Shown one piece after another: positions 48,975 through 57,784 of a DNA stretch of 64,000 bases. The position numbers and the translations under genes were made by a program. The notes under the pieces are model-generated. The model did no database searches and had not been told where the DNA came from. It saw nothing but the letters and a program-made list of their open reading frames with translations. Every line of letters begins with the position of its first letter. The first letter of the stretch is position 1. Source of the DNA: a virus. Its lineage: Duplodnaviria > Caudoviricetes. The stretch covers positions 22,429 through 86,428 of IMG/VR virus record IMGVR_UViG_3300032270_001157. One strand, 5' to 3'.

Positions 48975-49800
48975 TTTCTGTCTCCTTATGGTTTGAACCC
49001 TTTGGTAGTCTTTCGTGCCATCTCTTGTCCAAATATGAACGGTCAGCTTCTGTTAATACTCCATTTACAGGAATGTTGGTGTGATAGTTTGTAAGATTAA
49101 CATCTGGATGGGCAGTATATTTTCCACTAGCTAAGTCGATATGTAAACACTGAACATTTGTATCTACTAGTATTGGAGTTCCCCTCCTATGAATTCGATG
49201 TATAAAGAAATTATCTTCTCCTATAAAAGGAATATCTTCAGCAACACCATTAGCAATACAGCAGAATGGTAGTTCTGGTTCTTCCTCTTTCATCTTCTTC
49301 AAGATCTCTACAGGAATAAGCATAGCATCCATACCACACATATGAGCTTTTAATAGCTGTCCCGGATCAACATTTGGGACTACTATCCAATTTTTTTCTT
49401 TAGTCATGATCATGGCATCGCCAAGCTTGATATAATAAACTCCAACAACTATACTACCAGGATTTTCTTCGGCAGTTTTATGAAGTGTTTTAAAGGCATG
49501 ATATGGAACAACAGTGTCTTCTCCAATAAAAAACATATATTTAGCATTACTCTCTAATACTTGTTCAATTAAATAGTTTCGAGCAACGTCCACCTTTTCT
49601 CCGTAAATATCACAAAATCCATGAGAAAATCCATGAAGATCAACGTGTTCTTCTCCTAGTCCTTGACGACCATTGAATTTTTGAGCTGGTTCTTCATTCT
49701 CACATCGTCGTGGTTGAGCAATTACAACATAAGGAGCAATATCTTTAGAGGTTTCTACAATATCTCTAAGAGTTTCCATTATTTTATCTTTACTATACAT
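48967..49800 (-). CDS. GT-A fold glycosyltransferase (GT2-like), 277 aa
   Basis: VDVARNYLIEQVL..KYMFFIGEDTVVP (GED in place of DxD), CGMDAMLIPVEIL, GEDNFF, VDTNVQCLH. Confidence 0.7.
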   Translation of the reverse strand: MYSKDKIMETLRDIVETSKDIAPYVVIAQPRRCENEEPAQKFNGRQGLGEEHVDLHGFSHGFCDIYGEKVDVARNYLIEQVLESNAKYMFFIGEDTVVPYHAFKTLHKTAEENPGSIVVGVYYIKLGDAMIMTKEKNWIVVPNVDPGQLLKAHMCGMDAMLIPVEILKKMKEEEPELPFCCIANGVAEDIPFIGEDNFFIHRIHRRGTPILVDTNVQCLHIDLASGKYTAHPDVNLTNYHTNIPVNGVLTEADRSYLDKRWHERLPKGSNHKETENV

Positions 49801-49817
49801 AATCTTATTTATACCTA

Positions 49818-50228
49818 TTATAATTTATTGAAAAATGAACTTAGTGCCATATTTTTAAAATCAAATCCACATAATGTACTAATTTCTTGTCCTCTATTTG
49901 CTGAACATGGAATGAAATTAATGTCTCCAGTAGAAGTTAACACTCCTCCATAATAAGCTCCAGTCGAGCTACTGTATAGTAAGGAGTATGTGCTAACTGT
50001 GCCAGCGATATTTATTTTTTGTCCAACAGCAGCAGCATATGGAATAAAATGCAAGTCCCCATTTGGAGCCAAAACTCCACCCTGATAGGCGCCACTACTA
50101 TTAGTATATACTAAACTATATGTACTTATTATTCCACTAATATTTATTTTTTGACCAACAGCTGCTGCCGAAGGAATAAAATGAGTATCCCCATTGCTTG
50201 CTAAAACTCCACCAGTATAAAGACCCAT
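49818..50228 (-). CDS. C-terminal half (blades 5-7) of a split beta-propeller protein, 136 aa
   Basis: Three GGVLxxNGDxHFIP repeats plus the family C-terminus SSFFNKL. It has its own RBS (AAGGAGA, 7 nt spacer). Confidence 0.8.
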   Translation of the reverse strand: MGLYTGGVLASNGDTHFIPSAAAVGQKINISGIISTYSLVYTNSSGAYQGGVLAPNGDLHFIPYAAAVGQKINIAGTVSTYSLLYSSSTGAYYGGVLTSTGDINFIPCSANRGQEISTLCGFDFKNMALSSFFNKL

Positions 50229-50240
50229 TATATAGTCTCC

Positions 50241-50726
50241 TTATTTTTGTAAACTTTCCCAAACAGCAATATCTTCAGCATAAATTTGTCTAACTATAGC
50301 TTCTTGCTCTAGTGTTAAAGTTGGCTTATTTGACTCTGTTGATGAGTCTATGTGAGGAAGAGATATCTGAATTCCCAGCCAATATGCACATTCTTGTAGT
50401 TGACTTTCAAACAAAAAATATTTAAAATCTCCTTTTGGAAGAGGCCCATAGACTGGTCGATCCAAATGTTCCAGAATAGTTCTTCCTGGCTTGTGGGCAC
50501 ACATGCTACGAAATCTTTCAATCGGGTTGCGCACTATGATAGCAGTATTTTCACAAGTTCCATTCCAATGTTCTTGAATAGGTAAATAACCGGCTGGATG
50601 TCCTTCCTCTCCAATAATGATTTCTGGCCAAAAAAAACGTAAGGCAGCAGTCGCTATTGAATGGCTTCCTGTTCTTGGCGTTAAAATTAGAGCATTTCCA
50701 TTTGGAACTCGTAAAATATTACCCAT
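50241..50726 (-). CDS. Sulfotransferase-family-2-like protein, 161 aa
   Basis: 5'-PSB-like ILTPRTGSHS, 3'-PB-like IVRNPIERFRS, and C-terminal LPHIDSS..VRQIYAEDI. Confidence 0.65.
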   Translation of the reverse strand: MGNILRVPNGNALILTPRTGSHSIATAALRFFWPEIIIGEEGHPAGYLPIQEHWNGTCENTAIIVRNPIERFRSMCAHKPGRTILEHLDRPVYGPLPKGDFKYFLFESQLQECAYWLGIQISLPHIDSSTESNKPTLTLEQEAIVRQIYAEDIAVWESLQK

Positions 50727-50738
50727 TAATTTTTCCTT

Positions 50739-52511
50739 TTATGTAAAGTATAATACCACTGCTCCTGCTCCAGCCAACCCATAACCATAGCCCTGATAAT
50801 TTACGGAACCTCCACCCAATCCAGCATTATGAGATAGAACATATTTTCCAACACCTGCACCCGCACCAAAAGCAGCAACAGTAGTACTAGAACAAGTCGC
50901 TGTTGTGCTTGATCCCGCTAAAGCTAGAGCAGCAAACAATCCGGATATGTCAGAAGCAGGGCGACGATTACAAGCCAATGTAGAAGCAGCGTTACCCCCA
51001 ACAGCCCCTCCATTAAAATTACTATAGCCTCCATCAATCGTTCCAGCTCCTCCGTTTGATCCTCCATCCCCGCCAGAAAAAGTACCTCCAGAACCAGCAT
51101 TAGCACCACCGCCAGACACTTGTCCTCCTGAGCCAGTGATGGTTACTCCTCCATATGTTACTGTTGTATTTCCTCCGGATGCTGGCGTGTTACTGCCAGC
51201 AGCACCTATGGAATAGGTTACGCTAGACCCACCAGTAACGGAATAGGTTCTATAAGAACATCCTCCAGCACCTCCAGCAAGACTCGCAGTACCATTTGCT
51301 CCACCGCCTCCACCAACAGCCCAAGCTTTCATACTAGTAGCTCCAACAGGAACCGTATATGAAGATCCACTGGTTAATAGTGTTGCCATCGGAGTAAATG
51401 CTGCTGATTCCCACCAAATATTGAGTGCTGATCCCCAGCTAATATAATCAGTACCACCGGCAGTTCCAAGTCTAATAGTATCATTTGCATTCACAGAAAT
51501 AGTAGCATTTACAACACCCAACTGAAATCCATTTCCTCCACTATTATCCGTATATGTTACTGCTGCTACTCCATTTTTGTAAATTACAAAATCGATATCG
51601 CAGCTAAGGTTGCTACAAGTTATTCTAACAGTTCCTGTTGATGTTACCGTCGCTTGCGCTCCATCTGCTGCTGGATTATTAGTAAAGGTTGCCTTCGTAT
51701 AAGGACTAGCAGATGTTCCACTACCTGTAAATCCGATTGCATTCCACGCACTGTTGAAGCTAGTAAATGTTGCTCCTCCACCAGCACTAACAGTATAAAC
51801 CAGACTATAAGTACTTACTATTCCAGCGCTACTAATTTTTTGTCCAACAGTAGCATCAAATGGAATAAAAACGATGTCTCCATTGGGAGATAGCACTCCA
51901 CCAGCATAGGCTCCAGAAGTTGTATATACTAAACTATAAGTACTAACAACACCAGCAGTACTGATTTTCTGACCTCTGTTAGCATTGTATGGTATAAAAT
52001 GAGTTTCTCCACTAGTTGATAAGACTCCACCCTGATATGCCAATGAAGTAGTATAAACCAAACTATACGTACTCACCACACTAGAACTATTTAATTTTTG
52101 ACCAACAGCCGCACTAGATGGAATAAAATTAATGTCACCATTTGGAGCTAAAACTCCACCAGCATAAGCTGCCGATACAGTAGAATAAACCAAACTGTAT
52201 GTACTCACAGTTCCAGCAGAGCTTATTCTTTGACCTCTATTAGCGTTGAATGGTATAAAATGTATGTCTCCGTTTGCATTCAATACTCCACCGATATAAG
52301 CCGAAGATGTTGTGTAGACCAGACTATATGTGCTTATAATAGCGTTTGTGAAAACAGAGGAACCAGTTGTGGATTCATCTAATATGGTTTTTAATTTATT
52401 CCATGCCACAAGACCAGTATCAATAGAACTATTGTTGCTAGATGGGACTGTTCCATTAACAAGATTTTGAACTTCGCTAATAAATTGTGGTGAATTTAAT
52501 CTTGTGCTCAT
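50739..52511 (-). CDS. Chimeric protein: propeller N-domain + 4 blades fused to a beta-sandwich module and a glycine-rich domain, 590 aa
   Basis: Four complete ~43-aa repeats, then an abrupt switch at ~51785 to FTGSGT..IWW, then TSGSSYTVPVGATSMKAWAVGGGGG (a Gly-rich phage domain). Confidence 0.8.
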   Translation of the reverse strand: MSTRLNSPQFISEVQNLVNGTVPSSNNSSIDTGLVAWNKLKTILDESTTGSSVFTNAIISTYSLVYTTSSAYIGGVLNANGDIHFIPFNANRGQRISSAGTVSTYSLVYSTVSAAYAGGVLAPNGDINFIPSSAAVGQKLNSSSVVSTYSLVYTTSLAYQGGVLSTSGETHFIPYNANRGQKISTAGVVSTYSLVYTTSGAYAGGVLSPNGDIVFIPFDATVGQKISSAGIVSTYSLVYTVSAGGGATFTSFNSAWNAIGFTGSGTSASPYTKATFTNNPAADGAQATVTSTGTVRITCSNLSCDIDFVIYKNGVAAVTYTDNSGGNGFQLGVVNATISVNANDTIRLGTAGGTDYISWGSALNIWWESAAFTPMATLLTSGSSYTVPVGATSMKAWAVGGGGGANGTASLAGGAGGCSYRTYSVTGGSSVTYSIGAAGSNTPASGGNTTVTYGGVTITGSGGQVSGGGANAGSGGTFSGGDGGSNGGAGTIDGGYSNFNGGAVGGNAASTLACNRRPASDISGLFAALALAGSSTTATCSSTTVAAFGAGAGVGKYVLSHNAGLGGGSVNYQGYGYGLAGAGAVVLYFT

Positions 52512-52512
52512 A

Positions 52513-53622
52513 TTAGAACTTATTTAAAAAAGGAGAATAACATAATCCAAAATTGAACGGTTTTGCTGGTAGAGTGGATATTTTTTGTCCAACTGTAGCT
52601 GAGCTAGGTATTAAATGTATATCTCCATTAGAAGTTAAGACACCTCCAAAATAACTGCCCGATGTATTATTTACACTATATGTACTTACTACTCCAGCAT
52701 TACTAATTTTTTGACCAATAGAGCGTACTGGTACAAAATATATATCACCATTAGGACTTAAAACTCCACCAACATAAGCTCCGCTAGAATTAGTATAAAT
52801 AAGACTATATGTACTGATCACCCCATTAATATTTATTTTTTGACCGACACTAGCGAAGTAAGGAACAAAATGAATATCTCCATTACTAGATAAAACCCCT
52901 CCACAATACCCTTCGTTTATACTATAAACTAAACCATAGGTACTTACAATTCCAGAGCTGTTAATCTTTTGTCCAACAGCAGCAGCATATGGCACAAAAT
53001 GAATATCCCCATTCGGTGCTAAAACTCCTCCGAAATATCCTCCTACAACAATCAAACTATATGTGCTAATAACACCAGTGCTATTTATTTTTTGTCCTAC
53101 TCTAGCTGCTCTGGGTATAAAATGAATATCCCCATTAGGAGCTAAAACCCCACCATAATAACTACTAGATGTAGCAGTATATATTAAACTATAGGTGCTA
53201 ACTACTCCATTGACATCTACTTTTTGCCCCACAGCAGCTGTAGCTGGTACAAAATGTATATCTCCATTTGGAGCTAGCACGCCACCGCTGTAAATATTAG
53301 AAGAATATACTAAACTATAGGTACTAACTGCTCCACTAGGTGTTATTTTTTGTCCTCTGGGGGTGCCATTTGGAATAAAGTGCACATCACCATTCTGCAT
53401 AAGAATACCACCAGAATAGCCTCCACTAATGATACTATATGTACTTACTATTCCTTGACTAAAAGCCGTTCCATTATTAGCTGACTTCTCTAATAGTGTC
53501 TTGATTTTATTCCAAGCAACTAGATCACTACCTATGCTACTATTATCACAAGTCGGGATAGCTCCCCTTGCTTTGTTTTGAACTTCCGTTCTCCATGTTG
53601 GTGATATGTCGTATATTGGCAT
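52513..53622 (-). CDS. Seven-repeat beta-propeller protein, 369 aa
   Basis: Seven STYSLxY..YxGGVLAPNGDIHFxP...GQKI repeats, with the conserved N-domain and SPFLNKF end. Confidence 0.8.
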   Translation of the reverse strand: MPIYDISPTWRTEVQNKARGAIPTCDNSSIGSDLVAWNKIKTLLEKSANNGTAFSQGIVSTYSIISGGYSGGILMQNGDVHFIPNGTPRGQKITPSGAVSTYSLVYSSNIYSGGVLAPNGDIHFVPATAAVGQKVDVNGVVSTYSLIYTATSSSYYGGVLAPNGDIHFIPRAARVGQKINSTGVISTYSLIVVGGYFGGVLAPNGDIHFVPYAAAVGQKINSSGIVSTYGLVYSINEGYCGGVLSSNGDIHFVPYFASVGQKININGVISTYSLIYTNSSGAYVGGVLSPNGDIYFVPVRSIGQKISNAGVVSTYSVNNTSGSYFGGVLTSNGDIHLIPSSATVGQKISTLPAKPFNFGLCYSPFLNKF

Positions 53623-53625
53623 AGT

Positions 53626-54780
53626 TTAAAATTTGTTTAAGAAGGATGAACAACAAGTTCCAATATCAAAAGGAAGGGCTGCTGTGGTGGATATTTTTTG
53701 TCCTATAGTAGCTGAATATTGAATAAGATATATATCTCCATTTGGAGTCAATATTCCTCCAATATAGCCTAGTCCGGTCGTATAGAATAAGCTATAAGTG
53801 CTCACAACGCCTGAGCTATTAATTTTTTGTCCTCTATTGGCAGAAGATGGTACGAAATGTATATCTCCATTCGGAGATAATACTCCTCCCATATAGCTAT
53901 TAGTTGTTGTGTATACTAGACTGTATGTACTAACAACTCCGCTACTATTTATTTTTTGTCCCCTATTAGCACTTCTAGGCACAAAATGAATGTCTCCATT
54001 TGGAGCCAAAACTCCTCCTTGATAAGCTGCTCCGGTGGTATAGATTAAAGAATAAGTACTAACCACACCAGAAGAGCTTATTTTTTGTCCTCTATTTGCA
54101 TTATAAGGAACAAAATGTATGTCTCCGTTCGGAGCCAATATTCCTCCTATATAAGCAACACTATTAGTCGAAGTTATTGAGTAGACTAAACTATATGTAC
54201 TAACAACACCAGAGATACTAACTTTCTGACCTACTGGAGTTGAACCCGGAATAAAATGTATGTCTCCATTGGGACCCAGTATTCCTCCACAATACGCTGA
54301 TGCTGCATTGGTGTAAACCAAACTATATGTGCTTACAACTCCATTAATATTTATCTTTTGTCCTCTATTACAATTAGCGTTAGGAATGAAATGTATATCT
54401 CCATTAGCAGCCAATACCCCCTGACTATATGCTCCAGAATTATTGGTGTAAATCAAACTATAAGTACTAACTATTCCACTAAATATGTTTACTTTTTGCC
54501 CACGATTAGCAAAAGATGGCACAAAATGAATATCTCCGTTTGGAGCCAAAACTCCTCCTTGATATGCTTGGACTACTGTATTGACCAAACTATAAGTACT
54601 AGTTATAGGATTACTAAAAATGCTCCCAGCAGTAACGCTCTTATTCAAAAGACTCTTGAAATCTCTCCAAGCCACCAAGAAAGAATCAATGCTACTATTG
54701 TCGCCAGCTGGCAAAACTCCATTGGCTGCATCTTGAACATTTTCTGCCCATTTTGGAGATATAAGATTGATGTCTGGCAT
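53626..54780 (-). CDS. Seven-repeat beta-propeller protein (paralog), 384 aa
   Basis: Seven repeats of the same unit; ends SSFLNKF. Confidence 0.8.
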   Translation of the reverse strand: MPDINLISPKWAENVQDAANGVLPAGDNSSIDSFLVAWRDFKSLLNKSVTAGSIFSNPITSTYSLVNTVVQAYQGGVLAPNGDIHFVPSFANRGQKVNIFSGIVSTYSLIYTNNSGAYSQGVLAANGDIHFIPNANCNRGQKININGVVSTYSLVYTNAASAYCGGILGPNGDIHFIPGSTPVGQKVSISGVVSTYSLVYSITSTNSVAYIGGILAPNGDIHFVPYNANRGQKISSSGVVSTYSLIYTTGAAYQGGVLAPNGDIHFVPRSANRGQKINSSGVVSTYSLVYTTTNSYMGGVLSPNGDIHFVPSSANRGQKINSSGVVSTYSLFYTTGLGYIGGILTPNGDIYLIQYSATIGQKISTTAALPFDIGTCCSSFLNKF

Positions 54781-54781
54781 A

Positions 54782-55705
54782 CTAGAATCCTATAATTGAT
54801 ACTCTATACTGATTACTTGTTGGAGCACTAGCAAACTCTATTAATACAGAATTACTATCTACATATTTAACATCAGGATAAACATAGTAGTTAGTTGCTG
54901 TCTCTCTTACAGAAACATGAACGTCATTGGTAGCTCCAAGATTATGGGTAACTGTAAAAGATGTTGCTGATCCGTTTCCTATTAGTACAGAATAAGTATC
55001 TAGATTAATGGTAAAAGAACCTGTGCTGGAAGAAATAATCATTCCTGTTCCAGCCACGATATTAGTTACTGGTAATAATCCGCTTACTGAAGAGTTAAAA
55101 TCTGTAATATTCGAAGCTGTATGATTATGGCCACTAATACTAACATTAACACTATTAACTTGCAGTGAATTAGTAAAATTACCACTAGTAGCACTAATAC
55201 CACCCACAACATCAAGCTTAGTTGTTGGTGTCGTGGTGCCAATTCCTACATTTCCCGAAGATGTTATTCGTAATCGTTCTGAATTACCAACATTAAAACT
55301 TGTGAAAGCAGCGGAGTTTGTTTCACTGTTGTTGATAGAAAATTGACCATTTTTGTATTTAATAATATCTGCTGAAACATTACTCGTACCAGAAACATTA
55401 GAAGTAATAAGTCTTAAAATACTACCAGCATTTGAGCCAGGGTTAATATTATTAATATCTAAATATCTTAAGCTATCTATATTTTCTCCACCAACAAAAA
55501 CATCTCCTTTATAATCAATCTTAAATCTATCAACTCCAGAACTAGCAATACTTATGGTACCACCACTAGGGAAAATAATACCGGTAGTAGTAATACCATT
55601 AATAAAATTACCACTAGAGGATGTTAATAAACCACTAACGATAGTATTAGTGCCGCTGATGCTTATGTTTCTTGCTAGTAGTGAATTATCGTATGCTTTT
55701 GTCAT
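54782..55705 (-). CDS. Tail-fibre-like protein, 307 aa
   Basis: ERLRITSSGNVGIGTTTPTTKLDVVG fibre motif, HNHTASNITDF tail repeat, and C-terminal IGNGSATSFTVTHNLG..FASAPTSNQYRVSI domain. Confidence 0.75.
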   Translation of the reverse strand: MTKAYDNSLLARNISISGTNTIVSGLLTSSSGNFINGITTTGIIFPSGGTISIASSGVDRFKIDYKGDVFVGGENIDSLRYLDINNINPGSNAGSILRLITSNVSGTSNVSADIIKYKNGQFSINNSETNSAAFTSFNVGNSERLRITSSGNVGIGTTTPTTKLDVVGGISATSGNFTNSLQVNSVNVSISGHNHTASNITDFNSSVSGLLPVTNIVAGTGMIISSSTGSFTINLDTYSVLIGNGSATSFTVTHNLGATNDVHVSVRETATNYYVYPDVKYVDSNSVLIEFASAPTSNQYRVSIIGF

Positions 55706-55717
55706 TTTATTTATTCA

Positions 55718-57709
55718 TTATGGATTAGGAAATGCCTCTGTGCTTGGAGTAAATGCAGACGAATACCTAGCCGACTTCGTGATCCGCAACTCATCAATCC
55801 GGCCGTTCCAATACCCTGCGTATGTGTCGTTACCGGAAACCTTGTATAGCCATGTCCCGACAATAAGAGGCTGATCAGATGCGGTGGTGCTGTTCAGTCC
55901 AGAGATCGTACCGACCAGCACTCCGTTGGCAAAAATCTTACCGCTCGTCCCGCTGCGAACCATGGCAAGGTGCGTCCAAGTATTAGCTGGAAAAAACGTC
56001 TGCGAAACATCAACGGATTGTTCTCCCTGATCGGTAGAATTCAAATTTGCGTAGAAATAGAACCGCAAGAAAGAGCCAAGTGAACGAATCGACGCAGTGA
56101 GACTGCCCCATGTCGTTGACTGTTCTCCATTACCGGATGCGTAGTAAAGCCCACGGTGGACAATTCCGCCAGTAAGGTCGGAACTATTCGGGTATACCCA
56201 GCATTCAATAGTGTAGTTGTCACCGAGGTCAAGGATTACTGCTGATGGTGTAGTGAGGTAGTCGCCGTCGCCGTCAAATGCCAGCGAGTTGCTACCAAAC
56301 TTTGCATCACCATTGGTATTGGCATTTCCTACAGCAGTCATTGTGCGACCATAGCTGGACGAGTCCGCAAGAGATCCATCTGCGTGCATTAGCAAGACAA
56401 CACTTGAGCCTAGCGGATCATAGTTCCAAGTAGAAATTGGGCTACGACTCCATAAATTTGTAGCAGTGCAAATATAAAAATATGAGCCATCATATGCAAT
56501 TTGTCCAGCAGTTCCTGTAGAAGTTCCGGAAGATGGGACGGATGACCATGAGAGTCCAGAATTACTCCCACTAGAACCTGAAACTGTTACGGGAAGAGTA
56601 AGGGATGAAGCATCAGCAAAAACAGATATTGGAGGACTAAACGCAGAAGTATAGCGCGCTACTCCCTTGGTTATTCTTATCTCATCAAAATATGAACTAC
56701 CTCCAGGACCAGGAGAGAAGGTTACGCTTGTTGATGGAGTCGAAATGCCGCCGACACCAGTACTACCAAGAAGTGTTCCATTAAAAAATAGATATAATGT
56801 ATTTGATGATCGGGTATATGCAACATGATGCCACTGATTCAGGCTTACGGACTGCGATGATGTAATGACGTGGGATACAGACTCATTGACAATTGAAAAC
56901 GTCCAGCTTTGATTGCCGTACGCTAAATTCAAAAATTGATTAGCCGGGCCTCCGAAATTTACCAAACGTGCTTCTGATGTCGGGAGAGTAGTTACATACC
57001 ACCAAAATTCCACCGTAAAATCACCAGTGCCGAATTCAAAGTCAGATGATGATGGAGTAGCAATGGTTGAGGAGCTGGGTAGATAGATCGATGAACTACC
57101 AAACTTGCTCTGCGCTGTGCTAATTTGAGCACCGCCCGTGATAGTTATTGTTTTAGGACTGTTGCTGTTATCTGTAATCGTTGTGCTGCTGTTTGAGCCC
57201 TCTCCATGTAACAAAAGAGAAACGCTAGAGTAGGATGGATCACCGAGATTGGGTATAGTAACACTACCGGATAAAGAACCTCCTCCAGCAGATACCCCAG
57301 AAGCCATAGTCAAATATTCTAAAACTGTTCCTGATGGAACACTGTTACTGAGAGTAACATTAGAGCCGTCTGTTGCAGAAAAGTCGAGGCTTGATACTAG
57401 CTTAACTCCGTCTTGGAACAAATCTAAATATCCAACGGGGTATCCTCCTGACACGGCAAAACTGGACAAATTCCCTGTTGTACTAATCACTCCTCTAACT
57501 CCAACAAAAGAAGACGAAGAAGAGGAACCATTACTTACTGAAGTTGACCCAATTCCACTTAAAGAGCCCCAGTTTGAAACTCCGTCTCCTATCTTAAGAA
57601 CACCATTAGTCAAGTCATATCCCGGCTCTCCGCTGGCTAAAACGGGATTGACCGTATTCCATTGTGATGATGTTCCTTTTCTGAATTGTATGAGATCGTT
57701 TACGGCCAT
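55718..57709 (-). CDS. Fibre/receptor-binding protein: Mtd-N plus two LamG/ConA-like domains, 663 aa
   Basis: IQFRKGTSSQWNTVNPVLASGEPGYD..KIGDGVSNW; LamG-1 at 56612-57241; LamG-2 at 55721-56419. Confidence 0.8.
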   Translation of the reverse strand: MAVNDLIQFRKGTSSQWNTVNPVLASGEPGYDLTNGVLKIGDGVSNWGSLSGIGSTSVSNGSSSSSSFVGVRGVISTTGNLSSFAVSGGYPVGYLDLFQDGVKLVSSLDFSATDGSNVTLSNSVPSGTVLEYLTMASGVSAGGGSLSGSVTIPNLGDPSYSSVSLLLHGEGSNSSTTITDNSNSPKTITITGGAQISTAQSKFGSSSIYLPSSSTIATPSSSDFEFGTGDFTVEFWWYVTTLPTSEARLVNFGGPANQFLNLAYGNQSWTFSIVNESVSHVITSSQSVSLNQWHHVAYTRSSNTLYLFFNGTLLGSTGVGGISTPSTSVTFSPGPGGSSYFDEIRITKGVARYTSAFSPPISVFADASSLTLPVTVSGSSGSNSGLSWSSVPSSGTSTGTAGQIAYDGSYFYICTATNLWSRSPISTWNYDPLGSSVVLLMHADGSLADSSSYGRTMTAVGNANTNGDAKFGSNSLAFDGDGDYLTTPSAVILDLGDNYTIECWVYPNSSDLTGGIVHRGLYYASGNGEQSTTWGSLTASIRSLGSFLRFYFYANLNSTDQGEQSVDVSQTFFPANTWTHLAMVRSGTSGKIFANGVLVGTISGLNSTTASDQPLIVGTWLYKVSGNDTYAGYWNGRIDELRITKSARYSSAFTPSTEAFPNP

Positions 57710-57761
57710 TGATCTTTTGGTCCTATAAAAATATGTAAACTCTTTAAAAGAATAATAATGG

Positions 57762-57771
57762 TTAATACACC
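57762..57771 (-). promoter_or_regulatory. GGTGTATTAA motif upstream of the 663-aa gene
   Basis: Identical 10-mer in the 75-nt intergenic gap. Confidence 0.6.
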
Positions 57772-57784
57772 CACAGGCAATATG

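Larger units (their letters stand above)
49830..54605 (-). repeat. Coding tandem repeat family: 21 copies of a ~43-aa (~129-nt) propeller blade across four genes
   Basis: Counted as 7 + 7 + 4 + 3 in the translations. Recurrent DNA such as AATGGAGATAT(A/T)CATTT and AGTAC(A/T/G)TA(T/C)AGT on the minus strand. Confidence 0.85.

Noticed and set aside
49830-54605. ~129-nt periodic DNA repeats resembling a CRISPR array
   Set aside because: The repeats are in-frame coding propeller blades with synonymous variation, not identical direct repeats separated by unique spacers.
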